Source of the DNA: Phascolarctobacterium sp.
GTDB taxonomy: Bacteria > Bacillota > Negativicutes > Acidaminococcales > Acidaminococcaceae
Length of the DNA stretch: 53,036 nucleotides
Assembly (NCBI GenBank): GCA_017452325.1
Contig: JAFTMR010000003.1
Location: 1-53,036 of the forward strand
Direction: 5' to 3'
Positions 22,432 through 31,314 of this stretch are shown here, in pieces. A program made the translations under genes and the position numbers. The notes under the pieces are model-generated. The model was not told where the DNA came from, did no database searches, and saw nothing but the letters and a program-made list of their open reading frames with translations. Numbering within the stretch: the stretch's first letter is position 1; every line of letters starts with the position of its first letter.

Positions 22432-23094
22432 ATGTCTAAGAAAGGATTAAGACGTTGTTTAGGAATATTGCTGTGCGCAATGCTGGCAGTTCCTTTTTTA
22501 GTGGGCTTTGATGTTGCCAAAAAGATTACTGTAGTAAGTGATGAAATTACTTACGTTGAACAAAATGTAAAAATGCCTGTAGAATATATTTATGATGACA
22601 ATATCGCGAAAGGCATAGATACTGTTGAAGTAGAAGGTAGGAACGGCAGGGAGCGCGTTATCTACAAAACCGTTACCAAAGCAGATGGTAGCGTGAAGGT
22701 AGAAGTGGTAAAACGCGAGATGCTCCAAAAGCCGGTTGCTCAAGTTATCCGTATCGGGGCTGCTCCCAGTGTAAAAACCAAGGATGGCTATAAGCGTTTT
22801 AAAAAGAAGCTTACCGTACAAGCAACTGCCTACTGGACTCACGACCCCGTTGATGCCAGCGGTACAGGAATTGCCTATGACGGTACTCCTGCAGTGCCCT
22901 ACAAAACTATCGCTGTAGACCCCAAGGTTATCCCCCTGCAATCTCAGGTGTACATCCCCGGCATTGGTCAAGTTAGAGCCAACGATACCGGCAGTGCCAT
23001 CAAAGGCAAAATTATTGATATTGCCATGGACAGCCGTAAAGCCGCTTGGAATTGGGGCAGACGTAATATTGAAATTTATATTTTGGAAGAATAA
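22432..23094 (+). CDS. G5 and 3D domain protein (YabE/Rpf-like cell-wall protein)
   Basis: N-terminal membrane anchor, a G5-like segment (VEGRNGRERVIYKTV) and a C-terminal 3D domain (QATAYW..IAVDPKVIPL..NDTGSAIKG). Its position before rnmV-rsmA matches the B. subtilis yabE position. Confidence 0.8.
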   Translation: MSKKGLRRCLGILLCAMLAVPFLVGFDVAKKITVVSDEITYVEQNVKMPVEYIYDDNIAKGIDTVEVEGRNGRERVIYKTVTKADGSVKVEVVKREMLQKPVAQVIRIGAAPSVKTKDGYKRFKKKLTVQATAYWTHDPVDASGTGIAYDGTPAVPYKTIAVDPKVIPLQSQVYIPGIGQVRANDTGSAIKGKIIDIAMDSRKAAWNWGRRNIEIYILEE

Positions 23095-23115
23095 CTTAGA
23101 AATGAGGAACAAATT

Positions 23116-23652
23116 TTGTTAAAGGAAGTGCTTGTTGTAGAAGGCAAGATGGATACGGTTGCCATTAGGAGGGCACTGGAGGCAGACACCATTGAAACCG
23201 GTGGCTTTACCCTCGCACCCCACACTTTAAGGCAAATTGCTGCTGCCTATGAAAAACGGGGCATCATCATCCTGACTGACCCTGACGGAGCAGGCGAGCG
23301 CATCCGTAAATTTTTGACGGAACGTTTCCCCAACGCAGGGCAAGCCTTTATTCCCAAGGTGCAGGCAACTGCCAACAACGACGTGGGCGTGGAGCAGGCG
23401 CAGCCGGAAGCAATCCTTGCGGCTTTGGCGAAGGTGCGCCATCACGAATACAAGCCCCAACAGGAATTTACCATGCAAGATTTGTTCGCCAACGAGCTTA
23501 ACGGTAGCGCAGCAGCTTCTGCTCGTCGTGATGCTCTTGGCGCAGAGCTGGGCATTGGCTACGGTAATGCCAAACGCTTTTTGGAGCGCCTGAATCATTA
23601 CGGCGTAACCCGCTCTGAATTTGAAGACGCACTGGCGAAGATAGGAGAATAA
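23116..23652 (+). CDS. rnmV: Ribonuclease M5 (Toprim domain)
   Basis: VVEGKMDTVAI and IILTDPDGAGERIR Toprim motifs, upstream of rsmA. TTG start. Confidence 0.9.
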   Translation: MLKEVLVVEGKMDTVAIRRALEADTIETGGFTLAPHTLRQIAAAYEKRGIIILTDPDGAGERIRKFLTERFPNAGQAFIPKVQATANNDVGVEQAQPEAILAALAKVRHHEYKPQQEFTMQDLFANELNGSAAASARRDALGAELGIGYGNAKRFLERLNHYGVTRSEFEDALAKIGE

Positions 23653-23656
23653 ATTT

Positions 23657-24508
23657 ATGCAGCATCCCGTAATTGCATCTCCCCAAGTTACGAACCACAT
23701 CCTGCACAAGTTTAAACTGCGTGCGGATAAGAAATTGGGGCAAAACTTTTTGATTGACGAAGATATCGTGCGCCGTATCGTGGAAGCGGCGGAGCTTACG
23801 ACCGAGGACACCGTTTTAGAAGTTGGCCCCGGCATTGGCACCCTTACCCAGGGCTTGGCAGAAAGTGGTGCTAAGGTAGTGGCGGTGGAGCTGGACAAAC
23901 GCCTGCTGCCCGTACTGGACACTACCCTCGAAGGCTACGACAATGTGCGCATTGTAAGTGGCGATATTTTAAAAGTAAACATTATGGAAGAAGTGGGCGT
24001 GGAAAATTTCAAATGCTGCGCTAACCTTCCCTACTATATTACTACCCCCATCATCTTTGCCATTTTGGAAAAACGCTTGCCCATGGAACGCCTTGTTGTT
24101 ATGGTGCAGAAGGAAGTGGCAGAGCGTATGGCGGCGCAGCCCGGTGGTCGTGACTATGGCGCCCTTTCCGTTGCCATCCAATATTATACGGAGCCGGAAA
24201 TTGCTTTCATCGTACCGCCCACCAGCTTTATTCCTGCGCCTGCAGTGGATAGCGCTGTAATAGTATGCAAGCGTCGCGCGAAGCCTCCTGTGGAAGTGGC
24301 GGATGAAGCTCTATTCTTCCGCGTGGTTAAAGCAGCCTTTTCCCTGCGTAGAAAAATGCTGAACAATGCTCTGAAAAACATGGGTATCAACAGCGAGCAG
24401 GTTGCCAAATGGTGTGAGCTTGCCGGCATTGACGGTAAGCGCCGCGGTGAAACCTTAACCTTGGAAGATTTTGCTGCCCTGACCAATACCTTTGCAAAAG
24501 TTAGATAG
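23657..24508 (+). CDS. rsmA: 16S rRNA (adenine1518/1519-N6)-dimethyltransferase
   Basis: KLGQNFLID and EVGPGIGTLT motifs. Confidence 0.95.
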   Translation: MQHPVIASPQVTNHILHKFKLRADKKLGQNFLIDEDIVRRIVEAAELTTEDTVLEVGPGIGTLTQGLAESGAKVVAVELDKRLLPVLDTTLEGYDNVRIVSGDILKVNIMEEVGVENFKCCANLPYYITTPIIFAILEKRLPMERLVVMVQKEVAERMAAQPGGRDYGALSVAIQYYTEPEIAFIVPPTSFIPAPAVDSAVIVCKRRAKPPVEVADEALFFRVVKAAFSLRRKMLNNALKNMGINSEQVAKWCELAGIDGKRRGETLTLEDFAALTNTFAKVR

Positions 24509-24516
24509 TATTCCTC

Positions 24517-24550
24517 AAGCCTCTTTCGTTGAAAGAGGCTTTTAATTTTT
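24517..24550 (+). terminator. Rho-independent terminator after rsmA
   Basis: AAGCCTCTTTC-GTTG-AAAGAGGCTT followed by a T-rich run. Confidence 0.75.
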
Positions 24551-24664
24551 GATTTAAACTATATATTTAAAATGAACAGGTAAAGGTTTTTGTATAACAT
24601 ATACAGTAAAGCTGATAGAATGAAACCATCCATATATAGAAAATTAATGAGAGGATGTATTTAT

Positions 24665-25996
24665 ATGAAAAAACATTTATTGGCTTTAAGTGCGGCTGCA
24701 GTGCTTTTGGCTCCTCAGGCTGTTGGCGCAGAAGGCTTTGCTCTTAACGAATGGTCCGCAGAAGGTATGGCAATGGGCGGCGCCCGTATGTTTGCTGAAA
24801 ACGATGCAGCAAACTTGGCTTATAACCCCGCTTCTATGACAAAAGTAAAAGGTGAGGCTTTCAAAGTAAGCGCAACTTATCTTAGCCCCCATGGTAAGTA
24901 TAAGACTTATGGCAAAAATACCAATGTACCAAATACAGAGGCTGCAACTGCAGGTACTTGTCCTATGGTTCCTTCTGAAAATGAGGGCTTTCAAGAGAGT
25001 GGACACAATAGAGTGCATCCTGGCTGGGTTCCTGGCTCCTATTATGTAAGACAAATAAATGATAAAGAATGGGTTGGTATGGGTATCTGGAGTCGTTTCG
25101 GCATGGTAAGTCAGTTTGAAGCTGGTTCTCTTCCTGGTACTAATTCTACTAGTGCTAAATTAAATGGTCTTAGTTTGGGTGTGAACTATGCTAAAAAAAT
25201 GGATAAAAAATGGACTGCTTCTTTAGGTGCAGAAGTAAACTATGTTGGTTTACAAGTAGATAAGTCTCCCTTGTTAGCTACTATTGGAACTCGTGATGTG
25301 TTTGGTCATGTTCATGTTGAAGGCGAAAGTTATGCTTTAGGATGGAATGCTGCTGCCAATTATACTTTTGACGATAAAAATGAAATTGGTGTAGTTTATC
25401 GTAGCAAAGTAAAACATTCTATGGAAGCGGATTATGATGCAGCTATGGGATCCTATGGTAATCCTGTTGGGGATGCTTATGGTGTAGTAACTTTGCCGGA
25501 AAGCGTAATGATTGGTTATAATCATAAATTTAATGATAAGACTCGTGTGGAATTAAATGGCACTTGGACTCGTTGGAGTCGTTATGGTGCGTTAAATATG
25601 TATATGGATGGTGGTATGGGAGCTATTATGCAGCAACTTCAAGGTACACCTGGGAGCTTTTCAGAGAAGAACTGGGAAGATGGGTGGCGTTATGCAATTG
25701 GTATCGAGCATAAATTAAGTGATAAATACTCCTTGCTGGGTGGTATTGCTTACGATGAATCTGCTATTCCCGAATATCCTGAAATTGGTGCAGACTTTAT
25801 GGTTCCTACTGGTAGACGCATTACTTATACCATTGGCGGTCAATACCATGATAAAGACCAAACTCTCGCTTTGGCAATCGGTTGGATGGATGTTGGCGAT
25901 TTAGATATTGCTGGACAGCATGATGCTTATGACCATGCTGAAATGTATGACAGCTACACTAAAATGGTATCCATCTCTTATCAACGTAATTTCTAA
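24665..25996 (+). CDS. FadL/TodX-family outer-membrane transporter for hydrophobic compounds
   Basis: Signal peptide MKKHLLALSAAAVLLAPQAVGA, then EGFALNEWSAEGMAMGGA, typical of the OMPP1/FadL/TodX family. C-terminal ...SYQRNF. Start at ATG 24665. Confidence 0.8.
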   Translation: MKKHLLALSAAAVLLAPQAVGAEGFALNEWSAEGMAMGGARMFAENDAANLAYNPASMTKVKGEAFKVSATYLSPHGKYKTYGKNTNVPNTEAATAGTCPMVPSENEGFQESGHNRVHPGWVPGSYYVRQINDKEWVGMGIWSRFGMVSQFEAGSLPGTNSTSAKLNGLSLGVNYAKKMDKKWTASLGAEVNYVGLQVDKSPLLATIGTRDVFGHVHVEGESYALGWNAAANYTFDDKNEIGVVYRSKVKHSMEADYDAAMGSYGNPVGDAYGVVTLPESVMIGYNHKFNDKTRVELNGTWTRWSRYGALNMYMDGGMGAIMQQLQGTPGSFSEKNWEDGWRYAIGIEHKLSDKYSLLGGIAYDESAIPEYPEIGADFMVPTGRRITYTIGGQYHDKDQTLALAIGWMDVGDLDIAGQHDAYDHAEMYDSYTKMVSISYQRNF

Positions 25997-26003
25997 TATT
26001 GTT

Positions 26004-26034
26004 AAAAAGGCGTTCCGTAGGGAACGCCTTTTTG
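26004..26034 (+). terminator. Rho-independent terminator
   Basis: AAGGCGTTCC-GTAG-GGAACGCCTT followed by TTT. Confidence 0.75.
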
Positions 26035-26154
26035 TGTGCAAAACCCAGCATCGCTAGATGCTTTAGCTTTAACTCGACTAACAAATTAAAATGAGTTATA
26101 ATTTTTGTAAGAGTATTAAGATTAAAGTTTACTTCAACGGAAAGGAGTGGTCTT

Positions 26155-27303
26155 ATGAACAACAAGTACATATTGATGAATAAGAATCGCCCTTTGGTTG
26201 AGGTGTTTCTTTCTGATGCAGGTTTTATTACGGAAGCAGCTGCTGTCTTTGATAATGAAGCCTTTCCTGTGGGCATAAATCCTGCGGATAGAAAAACGTT
26301 AGTAGCAAAACTTAACGAATGGTGGTATAGCCGCATTATTCCCGCTAGTCGTGATGGCTTGAAATTTGTCCTGCATCTTTACAACGTGGAATCTGCTTCC
26401 ATTCTTAGTAAGCGTAGCTTGGGATTAAGTCTTTCTGACCAATATTGGATTAAGCCTTTCGGTAGTGACTTGGCTTGGGAGGATGTTAATTTTTTTACCA
26501 ATGATTTTTCTACAGAATTAGGGGAATCTTTCTTTAACAGGGGTTCCTCCAAGCCTACCATCAATCCTTTCACTCCAGATGCTTCAAGTAATGGTTGGTT
26601 AAAGAAAAAATGGGTTAAGATAGATGGTCAAACCTATTTGGCAAAGGCTGGTTCTGCTCCTTTACTGCAACAACCTTATAATGAGGTTGCTGTTGCCCAA
26701 ATTGCAGAAGCATTGGCGATTGAATATGTTAATTATAATCTGGTAATTGAGAATAATCGCCCCCTGTGTTTGTGTAAGAATTTTATAGATGTTGATACGG
26801 AACTTGTTCCTGCTCATTTTGTGCGTAGTGTTATGCCAAAAGGCAAGAATGAATCTGATTATCAACACTTCATGCGTTGTGCGGAGTATTTGCAAATTAC
26901 TAATGTCAAAGATTTTCTGAACAATATGATGGCGATAGACTTCCTTGTGGAAAATACTGACCGCCATTATGGAAATTTTGGCTTTATTCGTGATGTTAAC
27001 ACCCTAGAGTTTTTGGGGCCTGCTCCATTATTTGATAATGGTACCAGTCTGTGGTGTGAAGCTTTGAATTTAGAGATAGGCACCTACCAAAAATCAATGC
27101 CCTTTAAGCAGAATCATAAGGAACAAATGAAGCTGCTCACTGCTCCAAGGTTTGCTGTTGATAGGCTGCAAATAGCTGAAAGAATTGTTGAAGATGTTTT
27201 GGGACAAAGTCCTTATCTGGATGCTGATAGGGTACGGCGTGTTACAGAAGCTGTAGGTAATAGGGCAAGAGTGCTTGCGAATACCATAAATACTTTAAAA
27301 TAA
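26155..27303 (+). CDS. HipA-like kinase-domain protein (orphan; no HipB-like gene adjacent)
   Basis: C-terminal-half motif VENTDRHYGNFGFI resembles the HipA_C catalytic loop. The N-terminal region contains W..R.IP.SRDG. Confidence 0.6.
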   Translation: MNNKYILMNKNRPLVEVFLSDAGFITEAAAVFDNEAFPVGINPADRKTLVAKLNEWWYSRIIPASRDGLKFVLHLYNVESASILSKRSLGLSLSDQYWIKPFGSDLAWEDVNFFTNDFSTELGESFFNRGSSKPTINPFTPDASSNGWLKKKWVKIDGQTYLAKAGSAPLLQQPYNEVAVAQIAEALAIEYVNYNLVIENNRPLCLCKNFIDVDTELVPAHFVRSVMPKGKNESDYQHFMRCAEYLQITNVKDFLNNMMAIDFLVENTDRHYGNFGFIRDVNTLEFLGPAPLFDNGTSLWCEALNLEIGTYQKSMPFKQNHKEQMKLLTAPRFAVDRLQIAERIVEDVLGQSPYLDADRVRRVTEAVGNRARVLANTINTLK

Positions 27304-27433
27304 TAAGCTTGAAGAAATTTAAGAGGTAGCTCAAAGGGGTTGCCTCTTTCTGCTTTCTTGCTCCGCACCCTTTTTTGCGATATAATAAATTATCTACTAT
27401 AAATATTTTTAGATGACTTTTAAGGAGAGCAAC

Positions 27434-28204
27434 ATGGCTGTTATATTTTATTTAAGCGGTAGCGGCAATAGCCTTTACGCAGCGCAGCAGATTGCCGGTA
27501 AATTAGAAGCTTGCAGATTGGAAACCATTGGCAGCTACTTGCGTGAACCCTACGCAGTTAAAGACGAAGTGGTTGGTATTGTGTGCCCGGTGTACTGTTT
27601 TGCCCTGCCTCCCGTAGTGGCGCAGTTCTTGGCAAAGCTAAAGGCGAAACCTTCATACACCTTTGGCGTGGTAACCATGGGTGGCAATCAGGGACGTGCC
27701 TTGAAGCAGATGAGCGAAGCCTTGGCGGCGCAAGGTATTACTTTGCAATACGCGCAAACAGTGGTAATGCCGGATAACTTCTTTGGGATTCCCTTGGAGA
27801 AGCGCGAAAAGCTGATTGAAGCTGCTGAACCCACCATCATCCAAATTGCCCAAGACATTGCCCTTGCTAAGAGGGATGTTACTGCGGTTAAGGAAGCATA
27901 CCTGTGGAAGCTGTTTGGTACCTCTGCCAGCTGGTGGTATCTCAAAAACAGATTGAACTTCGAAAATATGACTGTTGATGCCGCTAAATGCGTGGGCTGT
28001 AATATTTGTGCAGATATTTGCCAGATGGAGAACATTACCATGGTTGCAGGCAAACCCACCTTTGGCAACAATTGTGCCAACTGCTTGGGCTGCGTGCATT
28101 GGTGTCCCCAAAGTGCCATCAGTGCCGGCAAGCTCACCTTGGATAATAGCAAGCGCTATGTGCATCCCAAGATAAATTTACCAATGATGAAGGGGGATAA
28201 ATAA
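27434..28204 (+). CDS. EFR1-family ferredoxin (flavodoxin-like domain fused to a 2x[4Fe-4S] domain)
   Basis: MAVIFYLSGSGNS flavodoxin-like N-terminus, then CVGCNICADIC and CANCLGCVHWCP. Start at ATG 27434 behind AAGGAGAG. Confidence 0.8.
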   Translation: MAVIFYLSGSGNSLYAAQQIAGKLEACRLETIGSYLREPYAVKDEVVGIVCPVYCFALPPVVAQFLAKLKAKPSYTFGVVTMGGNQGRALKQMSEALAAQGITLQYAQTVVMPDNFFGIPLEKREKLIEAAEPTIIQIAQDIALAKRDVTAVKEAYLWKLFGTSASWWYLKNRLNFENMTVDAAKCVGCNICADICQMENITMVAGKPTFGNNCANCLGCVHWCPQSAISAGKLTLDNSKRYVHPKINLPMMKGDK

Positions 28205-29610
28205 TGAAAACCTATAATCCGTTTTGCGAAGAAATGTTAGCAGAGCTGCAAGCTGCTCTTGGTGCAGAAAACGTGTGGACTGCTGCTGAGAAGCTTGACC
28301 AATATAAAACTGACGAAGAAACTGACCCGAAAAAGTTTCATTTGCCGGAAGCTGTAGTGCTCCCTGCCAGTGCAGAAGAGGTTGCTGCAGTTGTGAAGCT
28401 GTGTAATAAATATAATGTACCCGTAACCGTTCGTGGTGGTGGTACCAGCTTGGCAGATGGTGCCATCCCTGTTTGCGGCGGCATTGTGCTTCTCACCGAG
28501 CGTATGAACAAAATTATTGAAATGAATACCGAAGCAATGTATATGATTGTTGAAGCTGGCGTGCGTACCATCGACATTCAAAAGATGGCTAACGAAGCAG
28601 GCTTCCTTTACGCCGGTGACCCCTGCAGTGCAGAAAGCTGCCAAATCGGCGGTAACCTTGCGACCAACGCAGGCGGCAACAAGGCTGTACGCTACGGTGT
28701 AACCCGCAACCAAGTATATTCTCTGGAAATGGTAACTCCCACCGGCGAGATTGTAGAAGTGGGCGCGCGTTTGAAGAAATGCAGTACCGGTTACTGCATG
28801 GAACAATTGGTAATGGGCAGTGAAGGTACCTTGGGTATCATTACCAAAGCAACCTTGAAGCTGTTGCCCTTGGCTCCCTACCGCTTCGACATGCTGGCTG
28901 TGTTTGACGAACCTCAAAACGCTATTGACGTTGTTCCCAAGCTTATCAAAGCTGGTGTGAACCCCACCAGTATTGAATACATGGATAATTCCTATGTGCG
29001 CAGCACTGCTGATTACTTGGATTTCAAAGCTGCTCCTCATTATGAAGACGGTATTTACGTAATCATCACTGTTGAAACCTACAACGAAGACGAGCTGGAT
29101 ATGAAGATGGAACAGCTTAACGACTTGTGCGAAGAAGCTGGTGCAGTAGATGTTCTCGAAGCAGATGACCGCATCTGGAGCATGCGTCGTAACTGCCAAG
29201 AATCTGTACGTCTTATCAGCCTTGTTTCCCTGACTGACGACATTGTTGTTCCCGTAGATAAGATTGCGGATACTATCAAAAAGATTATGGAAATCGACAA
29301 GAAGTATCCCTTCCCCGTTCCTGCAAAAATCAATGCTCACGTTGGCGACGGCAACTTGCACGTTGTACTGTGCAAAGGCGAGCTGAGTGACGAAGATTGG
29401 GAAAAACATGTTTACGACTTCCACAAAGAAGTTTATGCTTATGTTTATGAGCTGGGCGGACGTATGGCAGGCGAGCATGGCATTGGTGCTAAAAAGCTTG
29501 GCTATATGGAAGAGTTCACTCCTGCCGGCGAGTTGGATTTGATGAAGAAGATTAAGATGGCTTGGGATCCGAATCTTATTTTGAACCCCGGCAAAATCTT
29601 CAATATCTAA
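28204..29610 (+). CDS. FAD-linked oxidase, GlcD / D-lactate dehydrogenase family (paralog 1)
   Basis: 468 aa with FAD-binding RGGGTSLADGA and a C-terminal GEHGIGAKK...LNPGKIF. The start overlaps the stop of the ferredoxin gene by 1 nt. Confidence 0.9.
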   Translation: MKTYNPFCEEMLAELQAALGAENVWTAAEKLDQYKTDEETDPKKFHLPEAVVLPASAEEVAAVVKLCNKYNVPVTVRGGGTSLADGAIPVCGGIVLLTERMNKIIEMNTEAMYMIVEAGVRTIDIQKMANEAGFLYAGDPCSAESCQIGGNLATNAGGNKAVRYGVTRNQVYSLEMVTPTGEIVEVGARLKKCSTGYCMEQLVMGSEGTLGIITKATLKLLPLAPYRFDMLAVFDEPQNAIDVVPKLIKAGVNPTSIEYMDNSYVRSTADYLDFKAAPHYEDGIYVIITVETYNEDELDMKMEQLNDLCEEAGAVDVLEADDRIWSMRRNCQESVRLISLVSLTDDIVVPVDKIADTIKKIMEIDKKYPFPVPAKINAHVGDGNLHVVLCKGELSDEDWEKHVYDFHKEVYAYVYELGGRMAGEHGIGAKKLGYMEEFTPAGELDLMKKIKMAWDPNLILNPGKIFNI

Positions 29611-29727
29611 ACGCGTTAGAAGCACCGTTATGCTTTGTCACAGCTTGCTTACTCGTTCAACGTACGTCTAGTACGCTATCACTTCGTAAGCTTCGCTGTT
29701 TCGCGCCTTCCGGCACTTCTAACAAGT
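29609..29727. repeat. About 120-bp long-hairpin intergenic repeat, copy after glcD-like 1
   Basis: AAACGCGTTAGAAGCACCGTTATGCTTTGT...CGCGCCTTCCGGCACTTCTAACAAGTT. Begins inside the stop codon. Confidence 0.85.
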
Positions 29728-29761
29728 TAGCACATAAAATTTCTATGAAAGAGTGAATAAA

Positions 29762-31159
29762 ATGACCAAATATAACTCCGTAACCGAAGAAGTCCTCGAA
29801 GCCCTGCGTGCAGCCCTTGGTGCTGAAAACGTAAAGGTTGACGAAGAAACTCTTGACCGTTACAAAACTGACGAAGAAACTGACCCTCGCTACCATCATC
29901 TGCCGGAAGTTGTAGTACTGCCCGGCAGCACCGAAGAAGTGGCAGAGGTTATGAAAATTGCCAATAAATATCTTGTTCCCGTAACTCCCCGCAGTGCGGG
30001 TACCAGTGTTTCCTGCGGTGCAGTGCCTGTGCATGGCGGTATCGTACTGCTTTTGGAACGTATGGACAAGATTATTGAAATGAATACTGACGCTATGTAT
30101 ATGATTGTTGAGGCTGGCGCACGCACCATCGAAATTCAAAAGATGGCTAACGAAGCAGGCTTCCTCTACGCAGGTGACCCTTGCAGTGCGGATAGCTGCT
30201 TGATTGGTGGCAACATTGCTACTAACGCAGGTGGCAACAAGGCTGTACGTTACGGTACTACCCGCCACCAAGTTTATAGCATTGAAGTAGTTACCCCCAC
30301 CGGCGAAATTACCGAGCTGGGTAATCGCCTGAAAAAATGTAGCACCGGCTACTGCCTTGACCAGCTGGTAATGGGTAGTGAAGGTACCTTGGGTATCATC
30401 ACCAAGGCAACCTTGAAGCTGTTGCCCCTGTGCCCCTACAAGCTGGATATCCTCGCAGTATTTACTGACGTGAAGAAAGCAGTTGACCTTGTTCCCAACC
30501 TGATTAAAGCAGGCCTTAACCCCACCAGTATCGAATTTATGGATAATGGTTTTGTGCGTGCGGCAAGTGACTTCACTGAAATTCGCCTGCCCCATTACGA
30601 AGATGGCAGCTACGTAATCGTTACTGTAGAAACCTTCAACGAAGACGAGTTGGAAATGAAGATGGAGCAATTGGACGAAATCTGCACTCAATGTGGCGCG
30701 ACTGACGTTCTGGAAGCAGACGAGCGCGTTTGGAGAGTGCGTCGTAACTGCTTGGAAGGCACTCGCGTTTTGAGTAAGGTAAGCACTTCCGATGACCTTG
30801 TTGTTCCTGTAGATAAAATTGCAGATTGCATTGAGCATTTGAACGAAGTTGCTAAAGATTACAGCTTTAAGCTGCTGTGCCTTGCTCACGCAGGTGATGG
30901 TAACTTGCACTTCCAAATTCTTAAATGCGATATGAGCGACGAACAATGGGAGGATGAGCTGCAACGCTTCCATGCTCAAGCTTACGAATACGTTTATAGC
31001 CTTGGCGGACGTATCAGCGGTGAGCATGGTATTGGTGCGAAAAAGGTTGGCGCAATGGAAACCTACACCGATCCTGTAGAGCTGGAGATTATGAGAACTA
31101 TTAAGAGAGCTATGGACCCGAATAACATTCTCAATCCTGGTAAGGTATTCAACGTTTGA
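29762..31159 (+). CDS. FAD-linked oxidase, GlcD / D-lactate dehydrogenase family (paralog 2)
   Basis: Collinear with paralog 1 and roughly two-thirds identical by eye. Start at ATG 29762 (MTKYNSV). Confidence 0.9.
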   Translation: MTKYNSVTEEVLEALRAALGAENVKVDEETLDRYKTDEETDPRYHHLPEVVVLPGSTEEVAEVMKIANKYLVPVTPRSAGTSVSCGAVPVHGGIVLLLERMDKIIEMNTDAMYMIVEAGARTIEIQKMANEAGFLYAGDPCSADSCLIGGNIATNAGGNKAVRYGTTRHQVYSIEVVTPTGEITELGNRLKKCSTGYCLDQLVMGSEGTLGIITKATLKLLPLCPYKLDILAVFTDVKKAVDLVPNLIKAGLNPTSIEFMDNGFVRAASDFTEIRLPHYEDGSYVIVTVETFNEDELEMKMEQLDEICTQCGATDVLEADERVWRVRRNCLEGTRVLSKVSTSDDLVVPVDKIADCIEHLNEVAKDYSFKLLCLAHAGDGNLHFQILKCDMSDEQWEDELQRFHAQAYEYVYSLGGRISGEHGIGAKKVGAMETYTDPVELEIMRTIKRAMDPNNILNPGKVFNV

Positions 31160-31279
31160 AAATCGCTATAAGCACCGTTATGCTTTGTCGCAGCTTGCTT
31201 ATTTGCTCGACGTACGTTTAGTACGCCGTCGCGGCATAAGCTTCACTGCTTCGCGCCTTCCGGTACTTCTAACGATTTT
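31159..31279. repeat. About 120-bp long-hairpin intergenic repeat, copy after glcD-like 2
   Basis: AAAATCGCTATAAGCACCGTTATGCTTTGTCGCAGCTTGCTTA...CGCGCCTTCCGGTACTTCTAACGATTTT. Begins at the last base of the TGA stop. Confidence 0.85.
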
Positions 31280-31314
31280 GTAGATAATGTATTATTAAAT
31301 TAAGGAGCAGATAG

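Noticed and set aside
28237-31027. Very long antisense ORFs (462 aa at 28237-29625 and 456 aa at 29657-31027) covering both GlcD-like genes.
   Set aside because: The sense strand carries clear FAD-oxidase motifs along its whole length. The antisense translations are low-complexity with no recognisable motifs or RBS. I read them as shadow ORFs produced by codon bias.
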